Shown: piece after piece, positions 1 to 12,985 of the stretch
Layout of the letters: every line of letters starts with the position of its first letter
Numbering within the stretch: the stretch's first letter is position 1
From: Paraspadella gotoi
Taxonomy: Eukaryota; Animalia; Chaetognatha
Reading direction: 5' to 3'
Assembly (NCBI GenBank): GCA_051294375.1
Contig: CM119265.1
Coordinates: 13,632,124 to 13,696,123, forward strand
Length of the DNA stretch: 64,000 nucleotides
Made by a program: the position numbers and the translations under genes
The notes under the pieces: generated by a model
Databases searched by the model: none
Told to the model about the DNA's origin: nothing
What the model saw: the letters and a program-made list of their open reading frames with translations, nothing else

Positions 1-410
1 CAGATGAGCTGAGTTATGAACCGAAATTTTTTTAAACTTTTTTATTTTTATTCATAAAATTTTATTTTTGCTATTTAAAAAAGGGGCTGTTTGCAAGGTC
101 AAATCGGATCATCTCGCGGAGGTAAAACGCCCACGTACATACAGAAAAAAATAATTATACCTCGGTAATCATCTGTATTATAAGTATTATAAATATACCA
201 AGTTTTAATAAGTCAAAACTTCACCTTATCATGCACCATACTCGGAAAAGATGATTATCAAAGAAGACGAATTTTTAATCCAGCAGAATAATACTAGTCG
301 AACCGTGTATCGACGCTGAGTAAATCCAAAGGATTGTCTTTGTTTAACAAGACTTAAACAGTGACGTCTACAACTGTCGCTCGAGAGACGAAGATGAATT
401 AAGAACTGAC

Positions 411-3400
411 CTGGAACCATCAGAGGGGTAGTCGAAGTAGAGACGTTACTACGAGAAACGATCGAGCAGGAAGAGATCGTACGCGTGGTCAAATGTGAGG
501 ATGTGGAAAAAACTTTGTTCTGACTAGAGGTCCGAAAATAAACATTGGAGGAGGAAGAGAGAGGGGCGACAATGCTGGCGGAAGTAGTCGTCGTTGTGGT
601 TGTTGTCGAAGTCGTAGAGGAAGAGGAGAAAGAAGAAGAGGAGATCCAGGACGAAGAGGTCGAGACCGGGTGAGACTTAGAATGAGGATACGATTGGTGG
701 GGATGAGGGGCTAGCTGGGAGGGCAGCGTCGAAGCAAGTTGTTGCGGAGGGACAGCGAGAGGGTAAGGGCCCTGGGTAGGGACGACCGGACCAGAAGAAG
801 CGAGAGGAGGGAGGAAGGCGGCTCGAGGAGTCTGAGACTGTGGATGAGAGAGTGCGCCTGTTGTGGAGAGACAGGCGGAGTTCGAAAATATTTAGAGAAA
901 AAGAGCACGGGTTGTGGGTAACGGTGGCGACAGTCACGATTGCGGATTCAGAAAAATGTGCGCAAGAAATAAAGGAAAATAGAGAAAAAAAAACAATCTT
1001 CGAGTTATTAAAGCTAAAACAATCACAAGGAAGTAATAATAGAAAATTCAGCAAAAGAAAGGAAAGAAAGTAAGTAATTTATATAGTATTACACAATCCG
1101 TAGTAACTTTTAGGTCCAATCAAAACAATGTGGTGTCTTGTATATAATACACTTTTCAGAAATGTTTAACGTTGAAAAAACGAGTAAAACAATAATATTA
1201 ATCAACAATAAAAAAAAGTTCACGCTCAATGTTTTTGTCCGAATTGAACAGCTGTTTTTTCGAAGTTAAACAAGGGGCTACTTCTTTTTTTTGCGACTGA
1301 GTGCGAATGCAGTTGACCACAAAACTTACCGATAAAGACGCCAGCCGGACCTCCGAAAGGATGTGCTGGGGCAGCCGCGTTGACGAAACGCTGCCCTGGC
1401 CCAGTTCCGCCAGGGTACGCTCCCACCGCAGCCGCGGCAGCCGCGGCTGCCGCCGCGATTCCGAAGCTGCCGCCTGCTGCTGCGTGTCCGAAATTTCCGT
1501 AAGCAGCAGCGGCAGCCATTTGCTGTTGTTGCTGAACCGCAGCAATTTGTTGTTGTTGGGCTACATGAGCGGCAACCGCGGCGGCTTGAGCCTGGGCGTG
1601 AGCCGCGGCGAATGCTGGTCCTCCTGAAGATTAATAACTTTGTTTATTACGAAAACGCTGACTGGTCTCTAAAAAAAAGCTCAAAAAGTTGGAGAAAATA
1701 CGGAGGTCGTGGGTGCATGGCTGACAGGAAGAGATACCTGGAGGTAAATGACGTTCGACCTTAGATGTCGCGACTTGACCTCCCATCAATCGGCCCGGGT
1801 CCCCTGAGGACCCCGATGTCGCAGGTTCGCGGATGATCGGACCAGATGTGATTATCACATCCGGATCTCCACCGGGAGGAGTAGCAGCACCAGTAGTGTT
1901 AGATGGGGCAGCTAACATGGAAACCGTTGAATCTGCTTTCCGTTTTAAAGGCCGACTGCAAAATTTTTAAAAAAGTCAGATTAATTTTTTTTTTTTTTTT
2001 TTTTTCCCCGATTTATTGTAATGGACGCAAATCGGATATTACTGGTGACAAACACACAAAGTACCTGGAGAGGTCAAGCGGCGACTCGACAGTTCTTCGT
2101 TGACCATTTGCTACACCAGGAGGACGAGCTGTCAAAAAAACAACGATTTACTTCGTACTATTATAATTTAAATAAAAATTTAAATCTTAAGTATTAAAAA
2201 TAATCAGCAAAAAATAGGCTCTTAGAATTCACTCACCAAGAGCAGAGAGTGCCGCGGCCGCTGACTGCTTTCCAGACCCATGCGGCTTTTCGAGCGAAGC
2301 GGCCGAGCCAGTTCCGGCTGAGGAGGGCGCCTGGCCGCCGTCTCCGGAGGAAGAAGCGCCATTGTGTAGTCGCGGGGCTTTAACAGACGGACGACGATTC
2401 GAAGTCGAGGCAGAAGATCCGACGTTTACTTGAGCGACCGACGAAGTTTCGATCCCGTTTCCGGCAGAAGAGGGCAGGGCTTTCGACGGCGCCGGTGGGC
2501 GAAACAAGGATCCGGAAGCGGATTGAAAGGAAGGCGTGAATTCGGAAGGCGCGGGACCTTTTAAGAATCGGAAAGATATTTTAATTTTGACAATTAATCG
2601 AAATTAATAATGCTCGTTCATCCAGATTGAACGGATAAGGCATTTACCAAAGGAAGAAGGAGGAATAAGGGCCGGGCCAAGGGCGAAGTGCCCAGCGGCA
2701 GCCGAGTTGGCCGCGGACGCCACACTCGTCGATACGTGAGGAAAGTAGGCGTGGCCTGGCGCGGGACCCGGATGCGGTGCGAACGTAGCGAAGGAAAACC
2801 CCGGATGACTGGAAGGCTGTATATGTATAAAGGGCGAGGAGAGAATGTTTAAATCAGGAACATTCCACTCGCGTTATGAGTTGTTGCCAGATGATCCCAG
2901 ATCTTTCGTTTGGCTCACTTAGTTCCTCTTTTCTCATATTTCCGAAATCAGACAAACCATTTTTAATTCTCTTTTTTAGTTTGTTTCTTGGCCATGCTCT
3001 GCTCACTTTTCCAATGGCTATGAAGACTAATTGATAATTAGTTATGCAAACAAAAAACCAATCGTTTTAATGGCCAGTTGGCGTTGAATTTCAATCAGCT
3101 TTAAAATCATAAATCAGTAATATAAACTAGTGGCAAGAAAGCATGCCACGGATCTAAGTCACCATGAAACCCCCAAGTTTCCCCCTTACCTGAATCTGCG
3201 AAGTGGGAATTCCGAAAATGGCGTTGGTGACGGCGTGGTGCCCCTGGGCCGACGGAGCCGGATGTCCCGCCGCCACCGCGGGCGCCAGGCCCGACATCTG
3301 TGGGTTATGACTCGACATTACCGCCATCTGGTGATGGAAGAACGGCGCGTACGCCGACGAGTTGTGAGGATGGAAGGGTGGCTGTCCCACGGGGGGCTGT

Positions 3401-3483
3401 CCCGGAGGAGCAGGCGGAACCGACGCCCCGGCCGTTTGCGCCCCATAATACTTGGAGGGAAGCCCGCTGAGACCGCCGTCCAT
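411..3483 (-). CDS. Multi-exon low-complexity (Ala/Gln/Pro/Ser/Thr-rich) protein with PLDLS CtBP-type motif and adjacent basic NLS-like RPLKRK; probably nuclear/transcriptional; 3' end unresolved
   Basis: Phase-consistent GT-AG exons: 3483-3190, 2816-2648, 2557-2237, 2128-2065, 1955-1738, 1623-1330, 857-411. Junction of exons 4/5 reads ESPLDLSSRPLKRKADS. No globular domain seen; last exon(s) lie in 229-410 or beyond the window. Confidence 0.75.
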
Positions 3484-4859
3484 CGAGGACCGGTCAAAAA
3501 ATCTACATTAAAAAATATAAATTATAATAAATTTTATTTATCCCATTGGGCTGGAATATACCAAGCAAGGACTTACCTAAACCCAAGGGATCAGGTTAGG
3601 AAGGATCCAAGGTTTTCAAAGTTGCTCTGGTGATGGACCATAGTTGCTTAAACTTTTAAAACTTCAGGTTTTTCTAAATGGCCGAGGCAAATTAATCATT
3701 TTTTTCTCCCACGCATTTGTTTCTCGCAAAAGAATGGGCTTTGTAGAACAAAGCCAGATTTATGATTGCACAAAGGACTCGAATTAGTAAATCAAGTCCC
3801 TGGCTGGGCTTAAGTTTATCTCTTTATTATTCTGCTATTAAAATAAAAATTATTAGATGCGACATTTTTTAAAACAAATGAGATCACGTACTATGTACTA
3901 CATAAGTGTGAGACAATTCGTGACTCATAGGTCAACCATGAACCATCTTTTTACACTCTTAAAACTTTTGAAATTTACATTTTACTATATTAACAACCTC
4001 TGGAAACGCGTAAAACACGATAAATTAAAAATAAAAGGTATTTTTGGTTATGGTAAAAATTTGACCTCTAAGTATTTCCCTACTACTTAAATTTTGACTT
4101 TTTATGTAGGTTAAGACAAATTATGCGGCAGTTTAGAATGCAGTGTGGTCTAGTTGAAAGGTTGGATAGTTTTTTCAAAAGTAGCTTATATTAAGTTAAT
4201 CAGCATTATTAGTTCAGAATTGTCTTAATTCACATCTTGAAAACGTGATTTTGTCGATGGGACGATCGGGTAAACGTGAGCATAGCATAGACTTAGCATA
4301 CCTAAATCTGTCAGCTGTCAACGTAAGTCATAGCCAAGTTTGTCGTTCAAGCGGTTTAAACATTACCGGTTGAGATATGAATCTTTAAAAAAGCTAAAAT
4401 ATAACCAATATGATATCAAATTTAAAACCCAAATATTATGAAGAATCCATTTTCGATAACTAAATTAAATAATTTCGTTCCCGAATGCAAGAAACATCAA
4501 GGAAATAGTTATTGTGCAAAAGTTTTTTTTTCGTTTATCTACGGCGAAGTAAGGGTTTAAAAAAGAAAGGAAAAAAAAAGCCCAAACGGCGAGGAAGTTG
4601 GGGACTCGACGTCGACGACGAGGATGAAGGGTGGACGAAGCGAAGACGACTAACACGACGACGAAGACGACGACGACGCAGGAGGAAAAGTGTTGTTCTT
4701 GAAAAAGAGCTACAGCGACGGAGGAGGAGGAGGAGCTGGAGGAGGAGGAAGGTCGGCGTCGCGGGGCGGAAGAGGAAGAGAAGGATAAAAGAATGAAAAG
4801 AGAGGAATCGATAAGCAAGAAGAGGAACAGATACAGATAAGGTCGATAAAAGTTTATGG

Positions 4860-6060
4860 GAATGAAGAAATTATAATTAATATAAATAATTAAAAATATA
4901 TAATTAAAATCAATTTAAATAATTCTAAAATTATTATATATTATTTACAAAGATATTTTATATATTTTGAATAAATTTTTTTTAACAAATTTATATTTAT
5001 TTATAAATTTTTTAAAGTTTTTTATAAAAATAATATTCATATATAATAAATAATTATATATAATTATATTTATTAAATGAATATATAATTTTTATATAAG
5101 TTATACCAATTTTATAAAATTTTAGCTCCTTTTATTTTGATAATAGTGTGGAATATAAAATAATATTCCCCGATCTAATACTTAAAGGAATAATTTTTTA
5201 TATAATTAAATTATTTTTTGAAACATTATATTACTTTATTAATAAGGAAGCCAGGTACTCTGGGAGTGAATAAATAAGACTATCAGAAAATCTTGATACA
5301 AAACTTACAAAGACCTGCTATATTAATATCTTATAAAAGTGATGGAAGCTTTAAACCCTTAAAGCCTATCGAAAATCAAAAGCAATATTGTTTGTTTATT
5401 AAATAAATGAATAATTCTTATATTATATATTTAAAAATAAATTTATAAAATAATATTAAAAAACTTATTTTTATTAATTTTAATTTTTAATAAATAATTA
5501 TTATATTAATAATAATACTAATAAAATAATATTTTTAAAATATTATATAAATTTTTAAACTACCAAAGCTTGTTTAAATTCTAAAGCAAAAGAGCTTATT
5601 TATTAAATTATTAAATAATTTTTATATTAATTATACTAATTTTATAAAATTTAGTTTTTTATATTTTAATGTTTAGTCTTTTTATATAATTAAAACTTTT
5701 TAAATTTTATTTTATTAATAAGGAAGCCAAATACTTTAAGTGTAAATAAATTAAATTATAAAATAATTTTGATTAAAAACTTGTATAAGACCTGCTAAGT
5801 CATTATTTTGTAAAAATAATAAAAACCTTAAACCATCATAGCCTGTCTAAAATTAATGATAAAATAACTTATTAAATTAATATATAATTTTATATTGGTT
5901 ATACTAATTTTATAATAAAAAAATTATAATTTTAGTTATAATAAATTTTGATATTTAAATATAAATAATTTTATTTAAAATATATTTTGATTATTAAAAA
6001 ACTATATAATTAACATAATTTTAAATAAAAATTATAATAATAATTTATTTTATTCAATAA
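4860..6060. repeat. Extremely AT-rich decayed tandem array of repeat family G
   Basis: Recurrent blocks (ttattaataaggaagcca at about 5238 and 5712; tataattttatattggttatact-like at about 5085, 5620, 5885) align to the GC-richer dispersed copies at 17652-17926 (reverse complement) and 26630-26733. Confidence 0.75.
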
Positions 6061-6795
6061 AAAATTATAAGGTTCCAAAACTGTATTGAGCGGAGGAGAT
6101 GCTGGATGGTGGTTTTTTTTGTGCATTTGTGTAACTCTGCATTTCCAACTACAGTTACGACCCCGGCGAAAAGAATATTTTCCATAAAATAAACTAAGAT
6201 TGTAAAACGAATTTCAAAAAATTATGTTAGACATTGATGTTTAGAAATATTATTTGTCAAAAGAATTAAAATCAACTTGCACAAATGCTACAGATTGAAT
6301 TATTATTAATAAAAGTCTAAGAAGCCCTGTCTGTCTCCCCTTTCTCATCCCCCTCGAAGTCGATGTGATTAGAACATCTGAAGCTGACGAATGCGATATT
6401 CGTATTTACGATGGAAGGAGGAAGAAGAAAAACTTGCTTATATGCAGGCGAATAGAGATTTCTTTTCGAAGAAGAGGATTTATCAATTATAAGCTTATAA
6501 AGAGGGGAAGCGCAAAGACAAGGAATAAAAGGGTTTCAGAAAACCCGGTAGAGATGAGAAAGGAACGAAGAAAGACGGGCATTTTTGATTGGGCAGAGGT
6601 CGTCCATGTGACGTCTGGTAACGCCAATAATACTTTTAGTATGCTGATTAATACTTATGATTTAAAGGTCTCTTCAAGCTTTCAATCATATCAGAATATT
6701 TTTTTGGGATATAATTATGTTAAGTTTCTCTCTTTTCGTTGTGTTTCGGAATTTAGGGAAAAACAGTTTTTGGTGGCAAACAACGATTTTTAATT

Positions 6796-6993
6796 GAACC
6801 GTTCAATGTAAGCAGTCACTGAGCTTCGGATCAGGGTGTAACACCGTGTTACAGGCGGGTTAAGCGCCCCGTCCCTCTTAACTGCTCGGCGACCACTGGG
6901 CTAGAACCCCGGACCGTTGGGTTGGGAGGCGAATGACTTGCCTCCGGCACCAATGGCCGCTGATGAACGATTGGTGGATTTTAGTCCACTATA
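6796..6993 (-). mobile_element. Truncated LTR of TRIM family A (tRNA-like head)
   Basis: High identity to the LTRs at 7430-7665 and 7851-8087 but lacks the last ~35 nt of the LTR 3' end; no TSD found. Confidence 0.85.
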
Positions 6994-7097
6994 GTATTTT
7001 AATTTTGTATTTCAGAATTATGTATTTAAATTTTATATTTTAAATAAAATCAATTGTAGAGAAAACAAAGTTTTATTTTTGTGACAAAAACTGTAAA

Positions 7098-7140
7098 AGC
7101 GCTGATGATGGCTCGCAACAAGAGTCGAAACATGTCTGCT
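7098..7140 (+). ncRNA. Minimal type I hammerhead ribozyme motif (Penelope/retrozyme-like)
   Basis: agcg CTGATGA t GGCTC gcaacaa GAGTC GAAA CATG TC tgct: core boxes, stem II, palindromic stem III, GUC cleavage triplet (7134-7136), 4-bp stem I; embedded in a long inverted repeat 7052-7089/7155-7188. Confidence 0.8.
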
Positions 7141-7429
7141 AATAAAATTGTTGCTTTGTCACAAAAATAAAACTTTTTCTCTACAATTCTAAATCGCAAC
7201 GAAATAGAAAGGATTTACACCATGGCTACCAAATAAAAGCATCAAAGAGGCAAAAAATGGTTATGCTAAAAACAGTTTAACCCGCCAGTCCTCCTGAGCC
7301 GATGCACGATTACCGGGCGAAAACCCCACCCTTTACGGAGAGGAGGCTTCATTGTCCTCTGGCTCTATGAACTATTGGATTTTCGGCCTTATTTTTTCAG
7401 AACACGTATTTTCGCCAGAAATTTAGAAT

Positions 7430-8087
7430 TGAAGAGACAGTGACGATTATTATTTATGTGTAGTGATAGAACCGTTCATATAAAGCAGTCCCTGAGCTTC
7501 GGATCAGGCTGTAACACCGAGTTAAAGGCGGGTTAAGCGCCCCGTCCCTCTTAACTGCCAGGCGACCACCGGGCTAGAACCCCAGACCTTTGGTTGGGAG
7601 GCAAATGACTTGCCTCCGGCACCAATGGCTGCTGATGAACGGTTGGTGGATTTTAGTCCACCATACATCCCCCCCTCCCGTAGAGAGAAGTCTGTTGCGT
7701 CTCTTCAGTGAATTGTTGTTGTTGGTGGAAAGTTCATCACCAAGTTGAGGCATGTCGCCTGATGTGTTGTGGGTGGAAAGTGCATCGCCAGGTTGAGGCT
7801 AGTCGCCTGAAAGTGTGGTTGCTGTTGTGTTCGGAAGTCGGGCTCACCAATGAAGAGACAGTGATTTTATTATGTGTTAGTGATAGAACCGTTCAATATA
7901 AGCAGTCCCTGAGCTTCGGATCAGGCTGTAACACCGAGTTACAGGCGGGTTAAGCGCCCCGTCCCTCTTAACTGCCAGGCGACCACCGGGCTAGAACCCC
8001 GGACCTTTGGGTTGGGAGGCGAATGACTGCTCCAGGCGGGACACCAATGGCCGCTGATGAAGGGTTGGTGGATTTTAGTCCATCATA
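7430..8087 (-). mobile_element. Complete TRIM (miniature LTR retrotransposon), family A, tRNA-like sequence in LTRs (Helenus-like)
   Basis: Direct LTRs 7851-8087 and 7430-7665; TSD GAAT at 7426-7429 and 8088-8091; PBS TGGTGAGCCCGACTTCCGAACAC 1 nt after 5' LTR; PPT GGGAGGGGGGATG before 3' LTR; non-coding ~185-bp interior. Confidence 0.9.
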
Positions 8088-8094
8088 GAATTAA

Positions 8095-9545
8095 GTTATT
8101 TTTTTTTATTTTAAGATTTGGTTGAAAATTACATTAGTAAAAAGTTAAAAAATTAAAGATTTGGTTAGTGATAAGGGTTAAAGATTTGGGTTAAGGGTTT
8201 AGGGTTAAGGTTCAACAATAGGTTAGAGTTAAAGATTTTGATGAGGGATTGGGTTATAAGTTTGAAAGTATATTTAGGTTTTATATTAAAATTAAATTCA
8301 TAGAAAAAAAGATAACCAAGCTTAAATGTATTTTTATCTTGGGTGAGATAATGGTTTACAATTGCTTCTTAGTGATGTCATCATTGTTGTCGTTATCATT
8401 GTCATGCTTTTTTATAATTGGAAATTGTAAAAGTGTGTTTTTGTAGGAAGTTAAAAAATTATATATCTAAAGCTATATTATTATGCGATTTTATTCAAAT
8501 ACAACAAGGTTGATTTAGAACAATCATCATCAACAAATAAACATAGCTTTTTATCATAAAGATCTTTTAAAATGATATTTTTAATATGGATTTAAGTTTT
8601 TTTTTGTTTAAATTTCTTTCACATTATGACTAACTTTAATATTCAAATAAGTATATAATATAAGAATTTTTTATTTTAATTATATGTAGCTTTCTCTTTT
8701 TTTTTTATATATACTGCCTCTTCTGATTCTTTTATAAACGAGTAGAGCTCTGCAGCAGCTGGACTTCTATCTTTCTCTCTCTTTCTTTTTTTTTCTCTCT
8801 CTCTCTTTTTCTTTCACTCTTTCTCTATTTTTCCTTCTTTCTCTCTCTTTTTCTTTCTCTCTTCTGATTCATCTAAAATTAATTTTATTCAATTTATTTT
8901 ATTCAATTCATTTAATTCAACTCATTTCATTAAATTCATTTTATTCAATTAATTTTATTTCGTTTATTGATTCATTGTATTTTTTAAACTTTTTCCCATC
9001 AATGATTCCCTATCATAATATCAATAATTTTGTATTATTATATCAATAATTTGGTATCATCCCATCAATAATTTGTCATCATCACATCAATAAATGTTTA
9101 TCATTGCATCTGTAATTGATTATCATCACATTAATAATTAGTTATCATCATATCAATAATTTGTTATCATTGCATCAATAATAAATTATCATCGAATCAA
9201 TAATTCGTTATTATTATATCATAATCAATTACTATCACATCAATAATTTATTAGAGCATGAATCATTCTTTTTTTTTTCCAGATTTCTTCATGATTTTTT
9301 TTATAGTAACTTCTGGCGAGATCACTATACTTTTAAGATTTTTAAACTTATATTTATAACCCAATTCCTAACCCGAATCCTCAACCCTCCACTATTCCTA
9401 ATCCTTAATTTCTAACCCTAGCCCTCGTCCTTAACCAAAATCTTTAACCCTAACCACTAAACAAATCTCTAAACTTAATCATTAAGCTAATTTCTTACCT
9501 AATAAACTTAAACTTTAACCTAATCTTTAAATAAAAAAAAATAAA
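8095..9545. repeat. Foldback-like composite repeat: ~200-bp inverted arms of degenerate TTAGGG/CCCTAA-like units around a family-E core (CT tract plus 22-bp minisatellite)
   Basis: 8095-8290 is approximately the reverse complement of 9345-9545. Core 8713-9345 shares ordered motifs (ctgcc..ttctgatt..aaacgagt..agctctgcagc, tcaataatttgttatcat repeats, gcgagatcact) with 61778-62465. Confidence 0.6.
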
Positions 9546-11356
9546 TTTCAAATTTCAAATGAAAAGGGGTGTTCTGAGAGAAATGATTCCAATAGATGTA
9601 TTGAATTTGAAATGACCTTCGTCAAGGAGAAAAAGTCGCCAACTGTGAGTCATGCTTTGATACAGGATAATGTATCAATTGTATTATTCTAGTTTTCGTG
9701 TTCTTTTATTTGACAACCCATTAAAATTTTCTTTAAAAAACTTTAGAAAGTTGAAAAGGTAAATATTATAAAATCTATATTCTATAAAGATTGAATTGAG
9801 AAACAAGCAATACAAAGTTTGCCTCGCCTGAAAAAGCTTTATTCAGTACCGGAATATCGCAATCAAGCTTCCTTGTTACAATTTTGGACACTTATTTTCT
9901 CTCGTATCTCTATCTCTCTTCTTACTAGCTCTCCCTCCCTCGTTTTGCCTCATTCTGTCACTGCCTCCCTCTCTCTCTCTAGTCCTCGCTACAAGGGGCC
10001 AACAAGTGAAGCATGCATGACGCTAGGACCATGAAAATCGGTGAAGAGAATAGGAAGGGTTGAGAAAAGGAGATACGCATGATGGAAAAACGGCGGGATG
10101 GAATCGCCGCTTCTCGACGCGCTCGAGTCGTTGCCCGCGGGAAGGGATTTTCACTTCAGATTTGAAATTAATTTGTCGATGTTGATAAGAAGCGATTGGA
10201 GCAAATGGGGGTAATTCCGCGTATTGTCAACTTTGTGAGCATATTACGAATGTCGCTAATCAGTTACTATGATTTAAATTTTCAACAACGTAAACGGATT
10301 TTGTCTTTAAAAGTTTATAGAGGAAGATTTTTAGAGTGAGGCCAAATCCTTTTTTTTTAATTTTTATTTAAAAATTTTATATCATTTCGACTGAATTTTT
10401 TGGGTTATTTCACTTTTATTTTAGGTTATATTACTTTTCTTTTATCTGCATACAAACCAAATTAAATTAACAAAAAACACAAAAATATCTGTTTATATTA
10501 TGCATATGACAATCAAACAAAATTTAATGATTTCCTTTCTTTTCGTTATTTTTAGGGATTTCAGTTTTTGTATTTTCATAACTTTGTCATTAAATTCGTT
10601 ATGAAAATACAAAATACAAATACAAAATACAAAATACATTCCTGAAAATAGGGATATTAAAAACTAAAATAATAAAACCTGATCTCGCCACACCCTCCGT
10701 ATTTTCAATGCGTAAATGAGGCGTTGCGATAGAGATACATCAAGTTCATGAAGTTCCAGAGTTTCAGCGTCCATTCCCATCGGCGATTTAAGCGGCCCGT
10801 CACGCTTTCCTCGGTATCGAACATTGAAGTATAACGAATGCAACGAGGTTTATTGTGTTGGACATAAACTTTTGCGAAATGTTTGGAATGGAATCAAAAT
10901 CACTTCGTTCGTAATTTAATCAATAAAATTTTATTTCCAATTATGATTACTTATCATTAATCATCGTTGATAATATTTTTTCTGTTCATACATATCACGT
11001 GATATAATTATTGATTAATTAGCCAGCGTCGGGGTTTTTAATATATTATTATTAAGTTCCTTGCCAAAATCCATTTCATTTGATTGTACATCTCTCCCGG
11101 CGCTGCCTATTTTCAGCAGCGGTTAAATTAAATATTGCAGAGAATAATGCAAAAAAAAAGGACTATGTCAGCATTAATAACCATGTTGCTCATTTCTTTT
11201 AGCTTCGAGCTTGAGCGGGTTGTATGTAACTCTTGCGGAGGAGTTTGAAATAACGAATAAAAAACAAAAATCAGAATTTTATCTTGATAATTTTTTTAAA
11301 GAAATATACTAATTAGTATAAACATATTTTATTGTCACAACGAATTAAAATTTTAA

Positions 11357-11397
11357 AACAGACATGTTTCGAACATATTTCTGTTCTTCATCAGTAA
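11357..11397 (-). ncRNA. Minimal hammerhead ribozyme motif, same family as 7098-7140
   Basis: Minus strand: tta CTGATGA a GAACA gaaata TGTTC GAAA CATG TC tgt; perfect stem II of different sequence, same GAAACATGTC; stem I weak. Confidence 0.7.
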
Positions 11398-12779
11398 GAT
11401 GAGTATAACAAAAAGTATACTATATATAAAAATAATGGCGGTCAAATTCAACTAGAGTAATTCAATTGAACGTGATGTAAGACAGAGGAGATGAAATTTA
11501 ATGTAATTTAATATTTAGTTTACTGTTTTATGATAAGGATTAGCTAATAAGCTAAGCTAAAAAGCATAAGGTCGTCAGATTTTACCCGTTTTTACGTGGC
11601 TCGAAAAATACGTGATATATATCCGCCAGTTGAGTTGCATTCCGGAATATCGGATCTCACGTTGGTCAGCACCTTTGACAAGTTGAACTCTTAAGTCGGT
11701 CTTACAACACAACTGTTCTACCTCAAGATCGAACACGTGACCATTAAGAATGAGAGATCGTGTATTAGTCCTCGGAAAAAAAAGTTTTGTACATCTCCTA
11801 CGGGTTGGAGTTTATACTAAGGATGATACTGACAGATTTATATTTTGAAAATAACCTAAAACAAATCTGACAAGTGACTTTTAGATGACGTTGTCTTGAT
11901 CTTGATCTTGAATGCTTATAATTATGGGAGCCATCATATCATACATAATACATATTTCCAGAAAACAACACTAACATCCCTCTTCCATTACATTATAAAA
12001 GAATATACATTACATAAAGAATATAATTAAATCTAATATATAGTGAAATATATAAAACTTTTACATATCCAATTTAGTCTAATATAGTAGTAAAACAAGT
12101 AATCTTATGTTTTCATTAAATGTTCAATCCTCAATGTTCTGACGACCTATACACGGGTAAACTTTAAATTTTGTGCTTTTCAGCAAAAATAAGTCAAGTG
12201 TTGCAAAGATTTTAGTTAAAAGATGCTGACCTAATAAAAACGGTCGAGTAAAGGTTAATATTGTTGTTGTTGTTGCCAGAAGAAAAAAAATACTTAAGAA
12301 AGATTTAGACTGAAAATAGCAAACAAATCTCTTTTCAAAAATTACTAATGTTTGAAATGTCGAAAAAAATTGTTTATCAAAGTTAATAAATAATTTAAGA
12401 TGATAATTTAATAGGAATCAATTAAAAGGCTCGAACCAAGGATAATTTCTTTTCCCGCGCTTCAATCAACGGCGACCAGTGAATATGGCCGATTTTGTCA
12501 CCAGATAACCGATAAAAGAAGATATTTATTGAACTCTGGACTTCTTGTGAAATCACTGAGAGTATTTAAAGGAGAGAAAGTCAATCCTCATCACATTCGA
12601 CGTGAGAAGCGAAAATACCGTTTTATATTACAAAAATTGGTTTTTCAATAAAAATGACTTAAAATTGACATTTATGTCAATTTTTTAATAATTCATTTAT
12701 TTACCGCTTTACTTATTCTTTCTCTCTTCTTTTTATTCTACTCGCGTCTCAAAAAATATTTTGGCTCTCATTTCCAAAA

Positions 12780-12985
12780 GCGCCCAAAGATAAATTAAAC
12801 CTAAATATTTAACCTTAATCTGATATAAAATATTAATTCTTAAGGCAATTTCATAACCCTAACCTAATCTGTAACCTAATTCCTCACCCAAACCCTAACC
12901 TTTAACCTAATCATTAAACTTAAAAATTAACTTAATTCCGAATTTACGTTGAAATAGGGCGTTCTGGGAAAATTATGCCAACATT
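12780..12985 (+). repeat. Degenerate aaccct/aacct subrepeat block related to 9345-9600
   Basis: aaccctaacctaatc-type units followed by ggg(c/t)gttctg(g/a)ga as at about 9565-9580; a related reverse copy lies at about 60815-60885. Confidence 0.5.

Noticed and set aside
4465-4818. Arg/Ser-rich ORFs on both strands
   Set aside because: GAC/GAG/GGA trinucleotide low complexity; more likely 5' UTR or promoter of the minus-strand gene.
4860-6060. Mitochondrial control region / NUMT
   Set aside because: No mitochondrial genes or tRNAs recognisable; the blocks align to nuclear repeat family G.
6365-6793. 142-aa ORF
   Set aside because: TTG/GTG-type start, AT-rich intergenic composition, no splice or homology support.
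6955-6993. Hammerhead ribozyme in family A LTR (CTGATGA followed by a hairpin)
   Set aside because: No GAAA box or stem III after the hairpin; the motif is the antisense of the tcatcagc preceding the tRNA-like head.
7430-7665. Family A as Helentron/HINE (aaccgttca/tgaacggtt inverted repeat plus terminal hairpin)
   Set aside because: Paired direct repeats, PBS, PPT and 4-bp TSDs explain it better as an LTR.
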